Position numbers and translations under genes: made by a program. A stretch of 64,000 nt of DNA from an uncultured Planctomycetia bacterium (lineage in GTDB: Bacteria > Omnitrophota > Gorgyraeia > 2-02-FULL-51-18), in NCBI GenBank assembly GCA_964628355.1, contig CAZVNB010000029.1:3155-67154 (forward strand), read 5' to 3'. Below the pieces are notes generated by a model. It ran no database searches. It was not told where the DNA came from and saw nothing but the letters and a program-made list of their open reading frames with translations. Shown piece by piece: positions 20,743 to 31,510 of this stretch (the stretch's first letter is position 1; the number at the start of each line of letters is the position of its first letter).

Positions 20743-21246
20743 ATGGCGGTACACGAACAAACGCCCGTTGAGCATCGCTTACTTTCGGTGCTGGTGGAAA
20801 ATCGTGCGGGGGTGTTGTCGCACGTGGTCGGCCTTTTTTCGGCGCGAGGTTTCAATATTGATTCGCTGGCGGTGGGCGAAACCGAAGATCCCTCTATGTC
20901 ACGCATCACGTTGGTGGCCACCGGCGACCAGCGCACGATGGAACAGATCAAAAAACAGCTCAATAAGCTGATCGACGTGATCAAGGTGCAGGACCTGACC
21001 GAAGAAGGTTACATTGATCGTGAGCTCATGCTAGTCAAAATGCGCAATACAGCCGCGTTTAAAACGGTTTTAAAGGACCTCACGGCAAAGTATCATTTGC
21101 GCATTGTGGAAGAAAATGAAAAAATGCTCACGCTCGAAAGTGTCGAGCCGCGCGTGAACACCAAAAAGTTGTTCGCAATTTTAAAAGACATCGGCATTGT
21201 TGAAATTGCGCAGACCGGAACGGTAGCCCTTTCTAAAAAAGTTTAG
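20743..21246 (+). CDS. ilvN: Acetolactate synthase small (regulatory) subunit
   Basis: It has an ACT domain (LSVLVENRAGVLSHVVGLFSARGFNIDSLAV) and lies immediately after ilvB. Confidence 0.8.
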   Translation: MAVHEQTPVEHRLLSVLVENRAGVLSHVVGLFSARGFNIDSLAVGETEDPSMSRITLVATGDQRTMEQIKKQLNKLIDVIKVQDLTEEGYIDRELMLVKMRNTAAFKTVLKDLTAKYHLRIVEENEKMLTLESVEPRVNTKKLFAILKDIGIVEIAQTGTVALSKKV

Positions 21247-21255
21247 GAGAAAAAA

Positions 21256-22242
21256 ATGGCGAAAATTTATTATGACAACGATGCGGATATTTCTTTCATC
21301 AAAAATAAAACGGTGGGGGTGATCGGGTATGGCATTCAGGGACGTGGACAGGCGCTGAACCTTCGTGACAGCGGGGTCAAGGTGGTTGTGTCGCAACGGC
21401 CGGGCGGACCCAACCATGCAATGGCCAAAAAAGACGGTTTTGAGCCACTTGATGCGGCAACTTGTGCCAAGCATTCGGATGTGATTATCATTCTGGCGCA
21501 GGATCCTCTACAGGCAGAAATTTATAAAACATCGGTCGAGCCTCATTTGAGCAAAGGCAAAGCGCTGGCTTTCTCGCACGGCTTCAATATTCATTTCAAG
21601 CAAATTGTGCCGCCGAAATTTGTGGATGTGTTCATGGTGGCGCCCAAAGGGCCGGGAAGTTTGGTGCGCCGTTTGTATGAAGAGGGCAAAGGTGTGCCCT
21701 GTTTGGTCGCGATTTACCAGGACGCGACAAAAAATTGTAAAAAATTGGCGTTGGCTTATGCCAAAGCGCTGGGCGGCACTCGCGCCGGCGTCATCGAAAC
21801 AACGTTCAAGGAAGAAACGGAAACCGATCTTTTTGGCGAACAGACCGTTCTGTGCGGCGGCGTGTCGGCTTTGATCAAAGCGGGCTTTGAAACGCTCACA
21901 CACGCAGGCTATCAACCAGAAATCGCGTATTTCGAATGTTTGCATGAGCTCAAACTCATCACCGACATGATTTATGCCACTGGCATTCAAGGCATGAGAA
22001 AGCGTGTGTCGGACACGGCCGAATATGGAGACGTGACGCGCGGACCGCGGATTGTGAATAAAAAAACCAAAGCTGAGATGAAAAAAATTTTGAAAGAGAT
22101 TCAGTCCGGGCGCTTCGCCAAAGAGTTTTTGAATGATTACAAACGTGGCAAGAAAAATTTTGAAAAACTGCGCCACGCGGACGATAAGCATGCGGTGGAA
22201 CAAGTCGGCCACAAATTGCGCGGCATGATGAAGTGGCTCTAG
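21256..22242 (+). CDS. ilvC: Ketol-acid reductoisomerase
   Basis: It has the [17 protein letters not shown] Rossmann motif, is of class I length and carries the C-terminal knotted domain. Confidence 0.9.
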   Translation: MAKIYYDNDADISFIKNKTVGVIGYGIQGRGQALNLRDSGVKVVVSQRPGGPNHAMAKKDGFEPLDAATCAKHSDVIIILAQDPLQAEIYKTSVEPHLSKGKALAFSHGFNIHFKQIVPPKFVDVFMVAPKGPGSLVRRLYEEGKGVPCLVAIYQDATKNCKKLALAYAKALGGTRAGVIETTFKEETETDLFGEQTVLCGGVSALIKAGFETLTHAGYQPEIAYFECLHELKLITDMIYATGIQGMRKRVSDTAEYGDVTRGPRIVNKKTKAEMKKILKEIQSGRFAKEFLNDYKRGKKNFEKLRHADDKHAVEQVGHKLRGMMKWL

Positions 22243-22267
22243 CAGTCTGCTGATGAGCGATTAACGG

Positions 22268-23836
22268 ATGGTGGAACTGATGAACGACAAGAACCGAATT
22301 TATATTTTCGACACCACACTGCGCGATGGAGAACAATCGCCGGGCGCTTCGCTTGATGAAAAAGGCAAGCTCGAGATTGCCCGACAATTGGCCGTGCTGC
22401 AGGTTGACATTATCGAAGCAGGCTTTCCTATCACGTCTCCCGGGGATGCCGCGGCTGTGAAAAAAATCGCAAAACTGGTGCAGGGACCGACGATATGCGC
22501 CTTGGCGCGCGCGATTGAAAAGGACATGGACGTGGCTTTGCAATGCCTCAAACCCGCCAAAAAAGCGCGGATTCACGTATTTCTCGCCACATCGGCGATT
22601 CACCGCAAATATAAACTCAACAAGGCCAAGGAAGAAATCGTGCGTTTGGCATCCGCGGCAGTGCGTTACGCGAAAAACCGTATCGACGAGGTGGAGTTTT
22701 CTCCGGAAGACGCGTCTCGCACCGAGCCTGATTTTTTGTATGAAGTCATCGAGGCGGTCATCGATGCGGGCGCAACGGTTGTCAATATTCCCGACACGGT
22801 GGGCTATGCGACGCCGTTTGAATTTGGAAATCTGATCCAGGGTATTTTTGCGCATGTACCGAACATTGATCGCGCCATCCTCAGCGTGCATTGTCACAAT
22901 GATTTGGGTTTGGCCGTGGCAAACTCACTGGCTGCCGTAAAGGCCGGCGCCCGACAAGTCGAGTGCACGGTCAACGGCATCGGTGAGCGCGCTGGCAACG
23001 CCGCGATGGAAGAAATTGTCATGGCGCTGGATACTCGTAAAGACGCTTTTGAGGGACTTTACACGAATATCCGAAAAGACCAGATTTGTAAGACCAGTCG
23101 CCTGGTGAGTTCACTCACCGGCATGGTGGTGCAGCCGAATAAAGCGGTTGTCGGCAAGAATGCATTCACGCATGAATCCGGCATTCATCAAGACGGGCTT
23201 CTCAAACACCGGAAAACATACGAAATCATGCAACCGCTGGAGGTGGGTTTCGGCGAGACGCAGTTGGTGTTGGGCAAACATTCGGGCCGTCACGCTCTTG
23301 AAAATCGTCTTTTAAAATTGAATTACCGATTATCCGCCAAAGAGCTTGGGCAGATTTTTGAAAATTTCAAGCAATTGGCGGATAAGAAGCGCGAAGTATT
23401 TGACGACGATCTGGTGGTGTTGGTTGAAAAGGAAATTTCGGCGACGCCCAAGGCATTCGAGTTGGTTTATTTGAGCGTCATTGCCGAAACAGGCAAGAAA
23501 CCCAAAGTCTCGCTTTGTTTGAAATCCAAAGGCAAAACGCTCAAAGGCGCCGGCACGGGCAACGGTCCTGTGGATGCCGCTTATAAGATCATCGACAAAA
23601 TGCTGCGGCAAAAGACGCGCCTTTTGGATTACCAGATTCGCTCGGTTACGGTCGGTAAGGACGCGCAAGGTGAAGTGACGGTGAAAGTGCAAAGCCCTAC
23701 GGGACAGGTGAGTTTGGGACAGGGTGTTTCGACGGATGTAATCGAGGCTAGCGTCAAGGCGTATTTGGATGCGATCAATAAAATTGTCAGCCGGTCGCAG
23801 GACGCCAAGAAGGGACGGGCTGCCCACGGCGTTTGA
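22268..23836 (+). CDS. leuA: 2-isopropylmalate synthase; citramalate synthase cannot be excluded
   Basis: It has the [18 protein letters not shown]-like TIM barrel and the C-terminal LeuA dimerisation/regulatory domain. Confidence 0.75.
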   Translation: MVELMNDKNRIYIFDTTLRDGEQSPGASLDEKGKLEIARQLAVLQVDIIEAGFPITSPGDAAAVKKIAKLVQGPTICALARAIEKDMDVALQCLKPAKKARIHVFLATSAIHRKYKLNKAKEEIVRLASAAVRYAKNRIDEVEFSPEDASRTEPDFLYEVIEAVIDAGATVVNIPDTVGYATPFEFGNLIQGIFAHVPNIDRAILSVHCHNDLGLAVANSLAAVKAGARQVECTVNGIGERAGNAAMEEIVMALDTRKDAFEGLYTNIRKDQICKTSRLVSSLTGMVVQPNKAVVGKNAFTHESGIHQDGLLKHRKTYEIMQPLEVGFGETQLVLGKHSGRHALENRLLKLNYRLSAKELGQIFENFKQLADKKREVFDDDLVVLVEKEISATPKAFELVYLSVIAETGKKPKVSLCLKSKGKTLKGAGTGNGPVDAAYKIIDKMLRQKTRLLDYQIRSVTVGKDAQGEVTVKVQSPTGQVSLGQGVSTDVIEASVKAYLDAINKIVSRSQDAKKGRAAHGV

Positions 23837-23965
23837 GCCAGCCACTTACATTTTACTGAAAAAGCCTCAGATGCAAGGCGCGACGACGAAGGCGTGGTGG
23901 TAACTACGCCGAGAAGGAGCAACGTAGCAGATGAGGCTTTTTCAACAAATTGATAGGGGACATGC

Positions 23966-24820
23966 ATGAATATCGACAGCCATACGCAACTTTATGGTGT
24001 GATAGGCAATCCAATTGAGCATTCGTTATCACCGCAGATGCACAATGCGGCATTTAGGAATTTCAACTTAAATGCGGTGTACCTGGGGTTTCGAGTGCCG
24101 CCGGAGGCGCTGGGCCTGGCGTTTGAAGGCATACGCGCGTTAAACATCCGCGGTGTCAATCTGACTATTCCGTTTAAACAAACGGTCATTGAATTTATCG
24201 ATGAAATCCCCGAAGACGTCGATCGCGCCATGGGAGCCATTAACACGGTGGTGAATAAGGAGGGTCGATTGTACGGATACAACACGGACGGCATGGGTTT
24301 TTTAACGTCGTTGAAAGAGGATCTTTTTTTTAATCCGCAAAGCAAGAATATTTTGGTGCTCGGCGCCGGTGGCTCGGCCTGCAGTGTCGTGTTTTCATTG
24401 GCCCGCGCGCACGCTAAAGGCGTGTTCATTCATAATCGCACGCAGGAACGCGCCCAGGGGCTGGCAAGTTTTGCCGGCTCTTATTTTTCGGAGATAGATA
24501 TTTCCGCCATCGCCAGTTTGGATGAGCTGCGACACCAAAAAATGGACTTGGTGGTCAACACCACTTCCTGCGGAATGCGAGGCAATACGGACAGTCCTAT
24601 GGATTTAAAACAGTTGAAAAACGCAGCCACCGTTTACGATCTGGTTTATTCTCCGCTCCAGACGCCTTTTTTAAAAACCGCCAAGGCGCTGGGCTGGCCC
24701 GTGGCCAATGGATTGGGAATGCTTGCGGCTCAGGCGGCATTGTCGTTTGAACTGTGGACAGGAAAAAAACAGGGCGTTAGAGAAGTAATGCAGGAGGCTT
24801 TAAAAACATGCATTCAATGA
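23966..24820 (+). CDS. aroE: Shikimate dehydrogenase
   Basis: It has LYGVIGNPIEHSLSPQMHN and the NADP-binding GAGGSA motif. Confidence 0.85.
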   Translation: MNIDSHTQLYGVIGNPIEHSLSPQMHNAAFRNFNLNAVYLGFRVPPEALGLAFEGIRALNIRGVNLTIPFKQTVIEFIDEIPEDVDRAMGAINTVVNKEGRLYGYNTDGMGFLTSLKEDLFFNPQSKNILVLGAGGSACSVVFSLARAHAKGVFIHNRTQERAQGLASFAGSYFSEIDISAIASLDELRHQKMDLVVNTTSCGMRGNTDSPMDLKQLKNAATVYDLVYSPLQTPFLKTAKALGWPVANGLGMLAAQAALSFELWTGKKQGVREVMQEALKTCIQ

Positions 24821-25593
24821 TCGCATTTTTATTCGGCGGGATGGTCGGCAGCTTTCTCAACGTGTGCATTTTACGAATGCCCAAAGACGAGTCGATCGTG
24901 TTTCCGTCCTCCCATTGCTTGTCTTGCCGCAAGCCGATTGCTTGGTTTGACAATATTCCTATTTTAAGTTTTTTTATTCTTGGCGGCATGTGTCGCAATT
25001 GCCGAGCAAAAATTTCTTGGCAGTATCCGATCATTGAAATTATCACGGCATTTTTATTCGTGATTTTTTACCGTGCCTTTGGCTTAACGCCGCAAGCTTT
25101 TTTATATTTGTATTTGAGCTTGGTGCTTCTGGTGCAAAGTGTCATCGACACGCGATACAAAATCATTCCCGATTCTCTTACGCTGCCAACCATCATTTTG
25201 GGACTTTTATGTTCCGCTGTTTTTCCACAAATCCACGGCCAACAGTCCCACGTGGCCGGTTTTTTAAAATCACTGATCGGTGTACTTGTGGGCGGAGGAT
25301 TTTTGTATGCGGTGGGCAGCATCGCCGAATGGGTGCTGAAAAAAGAGGCCATGGGCGGAGGCGACGTGAAATTGCTTGCGGCGATTGGCGGGGTGATCGG
25401 ATGGCGCGGGGTTTTGTGGACGATTTTTGTCTCCTCGCTGCTGGGAACCCTGGGAGGGTTGTATTTGCGTTTCACCAAGGGGGAGGAGTTGATTCCCTAC
25501 GGGCCCTATTTGGCGTTGGCGGCATTTCCGTATTTATTTTATGGACCGCAGATCATGAATTGGTATTTTCATTCATTGCGTTTGGTTTACTGA
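24808..25593 (+). CDS. pilD: Type IV prepilin leader peptidase (A24 family)
   Basis: The N-terminal zinc-binding CLSCRKP...CRNCRA is present. It has eight TM helices and the catalytic GGGDVKL motif. Confidence 0.8.
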   Translation: MHSMIAFLFGGMVGSFLNVCILRMPKDESIVFPSSHCLSCRKPIAWFDNIPILSFFILGGMCRNCRAKISWQYPIIEIITAFLFVIFYRAFGLTPQAFLYLYLSLVLLVQSVIDTRYKIIPDSLTLPTIILGLLCSAVFPQIHGQQSHVAGFLKSLIGVLVGGGFLYAVGSIAEWVLKKEAMGGGDVKLLAAIGGVIGWRGVLWTIFVSSLLGTLGGLYLRFTKGEELIPYGPYLALAAFPYLFYGPQIMNWYFHSLRLVY

Positions 25594-25622
25594 AACTTCA
25601 GTAGTTTTTGAAAGGACAAAAA

Positions 25623-26747
25623 ATGCTACGATTTTTGACAAGCGGGGAATCGCACGGCAAATGTTTGGCGGCTATTCTGGAAGGCATGGTGGCGGGACTG
25701 GAGGTCAAAGAAGAAGAGATCAATTTTGAGTTGGCACGCCGGCAAGAGGGTTATGGCCGCGGCGGACGCATGAGGATCGAAACAGACCAGGTCGAAATTC
25801 TTTCGGGTGTGCGGTCGCGCCGGACACTGGGCGGACCGATTGCGTTGATGATTCCAAACAAGGATTTTAAAATCAATGAGCTTCCGGTGGTGAAGCGTCC
25901 TCGCCCGGGACACGCGGACCTGGTTGGAGTTTTGAAATATGATCGCCAAGACGCGCGCGATATTTTGGAGCGTGCCAGCGCGCGCGAAACGACGGCTCGT
26001 GTGGCCGTCGGCGCTATTTGTAAAATTTTCTTAAGGCATTTTGGCGTAGACCTCATCAGCCATGTAGTCTCGATCGGCGGCGTGATGGCGGATACCGGCC
26101 ATCTCAGTTTTGACGACATTAAAAAAGGGTCCATGCATTCACCCATGCACTGCGCCGACAAGGCGGCCACAAAAAAAATGATGGCTCGCGTGGATGAAGC
26201 CAGGCAGCACAAGGACACGATCGGCGGGATATTTGAAGTGGTGGCAAGGGGCCTTCCGGTGGGATTGGGAAGTTTTGTTCACTATGATCGGCGCTTAAAT
26301 GCCAAACTTTGCGCCGCCCTGATGTCCATCCAGGCTGTTAAAGGCGTAGAGGTCGGACTGGGATTTGAAGTATCCAAACTATTGGGAAAACAAGTGCACG
26401 ATGAAATTTTTTATGACAAGAAAACCGGATTTTACCGAAAGACTAACCGCGCCGGCGGCCTGGAGGGCGGTGTGACCAACGGAGAAAACCTTGTGCTGCG
26501 CGCCGCCACAAAACCTTACGCAACGCTGATGAGTCCTTTGCGATCTGTGAACATTCAGTCCAAAGAAAAAGAGCCGGCAACCGTAGAGCGTTCGGACGTC
26601 ACGGCGGTGCCTGCCTGCGGCGTGGTTGGCGAGGCGATGGTGGCGTTTGAGCTGGCAAGCAGTTTGCTCGAGAAATTCGGCGGCGACAGCTTGGGCGAAA
26701 CAAAAAGAAATTACCAAGGGTATTTAAAACAAGTGAGTGAATACTAA
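25623..26747 (+). CDS. aroC: Chorismate synthase
   Basis: It starts MLRFLTSGESHGK and carries RPGHAD. Confidence 0.9.
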   Translation: MLRFLTSGESHGKCLAAILEGMVAGLEVKEEEINFELARRQEGYGRGGRMRIETDQVEILSGVRSRRTLGGPIALMIPNKDFKINELPVVKRPRPGHADLVGVLKYDRQDARDILERASARETTARVAVGAICKIFLRHFGVDLISHVVSIGGVMADTGHLSFDDIKKGSMHSPMHCADKAATKKMMARVDEARQHKDTIGGIFEVVARGLPVGLGSFVHYDRRLNAKLCAALMSIQAVKGVEVGLGFEVSKLLGKQVHDEIFYDKKTGFYRKTNRAGGLEGGVTNGENLVLRAATKPYATLMSPLRSVNIQSKEKEPATVERSDVTAVPACGVVGEAMVAFELASSLLEKFGGDSLGETKRNYQGYLKQVSEY

Positions 26748-26780
26748 CAGGTTTTTCGAGCAGACTGTGTTGAGCCGGTG

Positions 26781-27320
26781 ATGACAGACAAAAATATCGT
26801 TCTTATTGGGTTCATGGGCACGGGCAAATCATCGGTGGGCAAAATTCTTGCCAAACGTTTAAAACGCCATTGGGTGGACGTGGATCAGAGAATCGAAGAA
26901 ACCGCCAAGCGAAAGATTTCTGAAATTTTTGAAAAAGACGGGGAAGCGTATTTCCGTGATTTGGAAAAGCAAGCCATCCGGCAAATTACCTCCGGTCACA
27001 ATCTGGTGATCACCACTGGTGGCGGCGCCGTATTGTATCCGGAAAATCGCCAGGCGCTCAAAAAAAACGGTTTTTTGATCACGCTTTCCGCGACGCCCGA
27101 GACAATTTTTAAACGCGTTTCCCAGTCCCGGCATCGGCCGCTGCTAAAAGGTGATTTGATGACGGAGATTCGACGGCTATTGGCCCAGCGCGAGCCATTT
27201 TACCGCCAGTCCGACTGCACCTTTTCGACTGATGAAAAAACCGCCGCTGAAATGGCTGATCTCCTCGAGGCGGCACTGGAAAAAGAACAGCCTGGGGAAT
27301 TTGGAAAGGATTGGTTTTGA
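26781..27320 (+). CDS. aroK: Shikimate kinase
   Basis: It has the IVLIGFMGTGKSSVGK P-loop. Confidence 0.85.
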   Translation: MTDKNIVLIGFMGTGKSSVGKILAKRLKRHWVDVDQRIEETAKRKISEIFEKDGEAYFRDLEKQAIRQITSGHNLVITTGGGAVLYPENRQALKKNGFLITLSATPETIFKRVSQSRHRPLLKGDLMTEIRRLLAQREPFYRQSDCTFSTDEKTAAEMADLLEAALEKEQPGEFGKDWF

Positions 27321-28411
27321 AACCGGTTCAAAAATTAAGACAAACCGTTGCTTTGACTTTGATAAAAAACATGGGACCGGTGACTTTTAAAAACGCCGTG
27401 GAGGCGTTTGGTTCGCCGGAAGGAATTTTCGGGGCATCGGAGGCCGAATGGCGAAAGGTGCAAGGCCTGGCACGCTTGAATCGCGCTGAGCTGGACGAAA
27501 AAAAGCTTTTAGCTGCGGCCGACCGTGAGATTGAAAAGGCGGTTAACAACGACACCGACATTATTACTTTGTTTGACCGGAGATATCCCGCAATTTTAAA
27601 AGAAATTCACGATCCGCCAATCCTGCTTTTTGTCAAAGGCAAATTGCCGCCCTCGCAAAAATTAAACATCGCCATCGTCGGTTCACGCCTGGCGTCTTTG
27701 TATGGGCTCAAAATGGCCGAATCGATTGCGCATGATTTGGCCGCTTCCGGCATGGTGGTGGTGAGCGGGCTTGCAAGAGGAATTGACGCCTCGGCGCATC
27801 GCGGTGCGCTGACAGCCAAGGGGTTGACCCTTGCGGTTTTGGGAAGCGGCCTTTCGCAAGTTTATCCGACTGAAAACAGAAAAATGGCCGATCAAATTGC
27901 GCAATGCGGCGCGCTGCTTTCAGAGTATCCGATGGATGTTTGCCCACACCCAGGAAATTTTCCGATGCGTAATCGCATTATCAGCGGGTTGTCGCGTGCG
28001 GTGCTAGTGGCCGAAGCGCGTGAAAAAAGTGGCGCTTTGATCACGGCAGATTTGGCGCTGGAAGAGGGACGCGAAGTTTACGCGCTGCCGGGTCAGGCGG
28101 ATAACCTGAAATCCCGGGGAAGCAATTGGCTGCTCAAGCAAGGCGCGCATTTTGTCACCAGCGCTGAAGATATTTTGAGGGATTTTAACCTGATGCCGGG
28201 CGCTAAAAAACAAACCCGGAGAAAAAATATTTCTGTCACCGAGGAAGAGTCGCAGATCCTTCGCTGCTTGGAGGGGGAGGCCCCCCTGCACATGGATGAA
28301 ATTGTTGCCAAAAGCCAAATGGCTCCCGTCAAAACCATGGTGCTTCTTTCGGGGCTGGCTTTAAAAGGCGCCGTGCAGGAACTGCCGGGCAAATATTTTA
28401 CCGGAAAATAA
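27311..28411 (+). CDS. dprA: DNA processing protein DprA (Smf)
   Basis: It has a Rossmann-like DprA fold (IAIVGSRLASLYG...GLARGIDASAHRGAL) and a C-terminal winged helix. Confidence 0.8.
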   Translation: MVLKPVQKLRQTVALTLIKNMGPVTFKNAVEAFGSPEGIFGASEAEWRKVQGLARLNRAELDEKKLLAAADREIEKAVNNDTDIITLFDRRYPAILKEIHDPPILLFVKGKLPPSQKLNIAIVGSRLASLYGLKMAESIAHDLAASGMVVVSGLARGIDASAHRGALTAKGLTLAVLGSGLSQVYPTENRKMADQIAQCGALLSEYPMDVCPHPGNFPMRNRIISGLSRAVLVAEAREKSGALITADLALEEGREVYALPGQADNLKSRGSNWLLKQGAHFVTSAEDILRDFNLMPGAKKQTRRKNISVTEEESQILRCLEGEAPLHMDEIVAKSQMAPVKTMVLLSGLALKGAVQELPGKYFTGK

Positions 28412-28412
28412 A

Positions 28413-30629
28413 ATGAACCCCCCCACGAAAAAAATACAAGTGCGCGTCAACGGCGAAAATAGGACGCTGGATGAGCCAATGTCGTTGGAGGCGCTTTTGC
28501 GTCTATGTTCAGTGCAAAAAGAGCGCGTGGTGGTGGAGCTCAACCTCGAAATTATTTCCAAGCAAAATTTAGCGGACACTTTCGTAAAAAATGGGGATGA
28601 GATTGAAATGGTGCATTTTGTGGGAGGAGGCGCTGGAGCCCAGGCACTGGTGATCGTGGAATCACCGGCCAAATGCAAGACGATTCAAAAATATTTAGGC
28701 CCGCATTACGAAATCGCCGCCTCCATGGGTCATGTGATCGACCTTCCAAAAAGTAAAATGGGCATCGACATCGAAAATAATTTCCAGCCACAATACATCG
28801 TGGTCAAGGACCGAAAAAAAACGCTCAGTGAACTCAAAAAGAAAGCCAAAGGCAAAAAAGAAATTTTTTTGGCTTGCGATCCGGACCGGGAAGGCGAGGC
28901 GATTAGTTGGCATTTGAAGACCGCGCTGGGCAAGGGCAAGCAGTGCTGGCGTGTCGTGTTCAACGAAATTACCAAAGAGGCCGTGCAAAACGCTTTCAAA
29001 AAACCCATGGACATCAACATGAGCTTGGTGAACGCGCAACAGGCTCGTCGGGTTCTGGACCGATTGGTCGGGTACAGTCTCAGTCCGCTTCTGTGGCAGA
29101 AAGTTGGCCGTGGTTTGTCGGCCGGACGCGTGCAGTCGGTGGCGTTACGTTTGATCGTGGACCAGGAGAGGAAAATAAAGGCTTTTAAACCCGAAGAGTA
29201 TTGGTCTCTGGAGGCCGAGCTGAAGAAACAAAAAGGAGACCCACGCTCTTTTAAGGCGAGCCTGGAAAAAATTGGAGACAAAAAAGCGGAATTAAAAAAC
29301 AAAGCGGATGCCGACCGGGCGCTGGAGGCCACGCGCTTGCAACCTTTTGTTGTCGAGGAAATCAAAAAACAAAAAAAGAAAAGAAATCCGAGCGCGCCGC
29401 TCACCACCAGCAAACTTCAACAAGCGGCTTACAACCGTCTTCGTTTCCCGGCTTCCAAGACCATGAAAGTGGCTCAAACGCTGTATGAAGGCGTGGAGTT
29501 GGGCGATGAGGGAAGCGTGGGTCTTATCACCTACATGAGAACGGATTCCGTACGACTTTCGGACTCTGCCGTAAAGGAAACGCGCGATTTTATTTTGAAA
29601 AACTACGGCAAGGAATATCTTCCGGTGACACCGAACGTTTATAAAGCCAAGAAGGCGGCGCAAGAAGCTCACGAGGCGATTCGACCCACGTCCGTGTCCC
29701 GAAGGCCGCAGGAGCTGGAGGCTTATTTGTCACCCGATCAATTCAAACTTTATACTTTGATATGGGAACAAACCGTTTCAAGCCAAATGACGCCTGCTTT
29801 GATTGCTCAGGAAAGTGCCGAAATCCGCGTAGGGCAATATCTTTTCCGCGCCACGGGAAGCCGCGTTGAGTTTGCCGGGTGTCTTGCCGTAACCGGCAGG
29901 GACGAAGAGGAAGACCATCCGCTCCCAGAATTAGAAAAGGGGGAGGCGCTGACCCTGGTAAAGCTCGAAAATCATCAGCATTTTACCAAGCCTCCGGCGC
30001 GCTTCACCGACGCCTCGCTTGTGAAAGCGTTGGAAGAAAAAGGCATTGGACGTCCTTCGACCTACGCGCCAATCATCGCAACGCTTACCGGCAGGGATTA
30101 TATTCGTCGCGATGGAGGAAGTCTTGTACCCACGGAGCTAGGCATGCTCGTCACCGACATTCTCGTCAAACATTTCCAGCGAATTCTGGATTTTGAGTTT
30201 ACGGCCAACATGGAAGAAGAATTGGATCAGATCGAAGAAGGCCAAGTGGGTTGGGAGAACGTCGTCAAGGGTTTTTATGACATTTTCCGGGTGCAGTTGG
30301 AACTGGCCAAAGACCAAATCCAGACCGTCAAAAAACAAAATGAACCGACGGATGAAATTTGCGATAAATGCGGAAAGCCCATGGTGATCAAGTGGGGTCG
30401 GCGAGGTCGCTTCATGAGTTGTTCAGCGTGGCCGGAATGTAAAAACGCAAAGTCCATTTCCACCGAAGTAATCTGTCCGCAATGTAAAACCGGGAAACTG
30501 GTTCAGCGAAAAGCCAAGTCCGGGCGTGGCCGGCCATTTTACGGTTGCACGACTTATCCGGCTTGCACTTTTATTTCTAACCGATTGCCCTCCGCGGAGT
30601 CAAAGCCGGAAGAGATTAAAGAGACCTGA
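28413..30629 (+). CDS. topA: DNA topoisomerase I with an in-frame N-terminal ThiS/MoaD-like ubiquitin-fold domain (first ~72 aa ending ...VHFVGGG)
   Basis: The TOPRIM N-terminus ALVIVESPAKCKTIQKYLG, the catalytic Tyr region and three C-terminal Zn ribbons (CDKCGKP, CPQCKTG, CTTYPAC) are all present. Residues 1-72 look like the sulfur carrier ThiS and end in the GG-like C-terminus. There is no stop codon between that domain and the TopA body. Confidence 0.85.
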   Translation: MNPPTKKIQVRVNGENRTLDEPMSLEALLRLCSVQKERVVVELNLEIISKQNLADTFVKNGDEIEMVHFVGGGAGAQALVIVESPAKCKTIQKYLGPHYEIAASMGHVIDLPKSKMGIDIENNFQPQYIVVKDRKKTLSELKKKAKGKKEIFLACDPDREGEAISWHLKTALGKGKQCWRVVFNEITKEAVQNAFKKPMDINMSLVNAQQARRVLDRLVGYSLSPLLWQKVGRGLSAGRVQSVALRLIVDQERKIKAFKPEEYWSLEAELKKQKGDPRSFKASLEKIGDKKAELKNKADADRALEATRLQPFVVEEIKKQKKKRNPSAPLTTSKLQQAAYNRLRFPASKTMKVAQTLYEGVELGDEGSVGLITYMRTDSVRLSDSAVKETRDFILKNYGKEYLPVTPNVYKAKKAAQEAHEAIRPTSVSRRPQELEAYLSPDQFKLYTLIWEQTVSSQMTPALIAQESAEIRVGQYLFRATGSRVEFAGCLAVTGRDEEEDHPLPELEKGEALTLVKLENHQHFTKPPARFTDASLVKALEEKGIGRPSTYAPIIATLTGRDYIRRDGGSLVPTELGMLVTDILVKHFQRILDFEFTANMEEELDQIEEGQVGWENVVKGFYDIFRVQLELAKDQIQTVKKQNEPTDEICDKCGKPMVIKWGRRGRFMSCSAWPECKNAKSISTEVICPQCKTGKLVQRKAKSGRGRPFYGCTTYPACTFISNRLPSAESKPEEIKET

Positions 30630-31510
30630 TGGATCATTTGGCTGAAAAATTTCTGATTTATTTGAAGGCGGAAAAAAATTATTCTCCGCATACGCTGACG
30701 AGTTATACCCATGACTTAAAAGGGTTTTATGATTTCGTCTCACCCGCGAACATCCAAGCCATCGACAAAAACCAGTTGAGAGGCTTTTTAGCGGCCATGT
30801 CGACAAAAGGCTACTCCAAACGCACCATGGGACGGCGCATGGCGGCGTTGAGAACATTTTTTCGCTTTCTGGTGCGCGAAGGACACTTGGCCAAAAGTCC
30901 CATGGCGGCTATGAAAAATCCAAAAATGGAAAAAAGGTTGCCGATGGTTTTAGAAGAAAACGAAGTCACGCGGCTTCTGGAGGCACCCGAGGACGATTTG
31001 GCCGGCCGCCGGGACCGCGCGATGCTCGAGACGCTTTATTCCACCGGCATGCGCGTGTCCGAGTTGGTGAAATTGGATTTTGAAAAGGTGGATTTTATCG
31101 GCGGCGTGTGCCGCGTCATGGGCAAGGGTGGAAAAGAAAGGATTTGTCCGATCGGAGACCGCGCGCTCCGCGCGATCAGAGGTTATTTACAACTTCGCAA
31201 TCAAACCGGAGAAAAAAATCAAAGGGCGCTTTTTCTCAATCATTCGCCCAACCAGGAAGGTTCGCGCTTGACCGATCGCAGTGTGCGCCGTACCGTCGAT
31301 AAATATATCGAGAAAACCTGCCGCCGAGAAAAAATATCGCCCCACACGCTGCGTCATTCGTTCGCGACGCATCTGTTGGATCGTGGCGCCGATTTGAAGT
31401 CCGTGCAGGAGCTATTGGGACATGAAAATCTCTCGACGACGCAGATCTACACCCATGTGTCGAGCCAGCGACTCAAAGATGCCTATGCCAAGGCTCATCC
31501 CCGCGCATGA
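30629..31510 (+). CDS. xerC: Tyrosine site-specific recombinase XerC/XerD family
   Basis: The HTLRHSFATHLLDRGADLKSVQELLGHENLSTTQIYTHV box (R-H-R-Y) is present. It is coupled to topA by an ATGA overlap. Confidence 0.8.
   Translation: MDHLAEKFLIYLKAEKNYSPHTLTSYTHDLKGFYDFVSPANIQAIDKNQLRGFLAAMSTKGYSKRTMGRRMAALRTFFRFLVREGHLAKSPMAAMKNPKMEKRLPMVLEENEVTRLLEAPEDDLAGRRDRAMLETLYSTGMRVSELVKLDFEKVDFIGGVCRVMGKGGKERICPIGDRALRAIRGYLQLRNQTGEKNQRALFLNHSPNQEGSRLTDRSVRRTVDKYIEKTCRREKISPHTLRHSFATHLLDRGADLKSVQELLGHENLSTTQIYTHVSSQRLKDAYAKAHPRA

Noticed and set aside
28413-28631. Calling thiS as an independent gene.
   Set aside because: There is no stop codon before the TopA TOPRIM region, so it is reported as an in-frame N-terminal domain of topA, with the caveat that a sequencing error or lost stop is possible.
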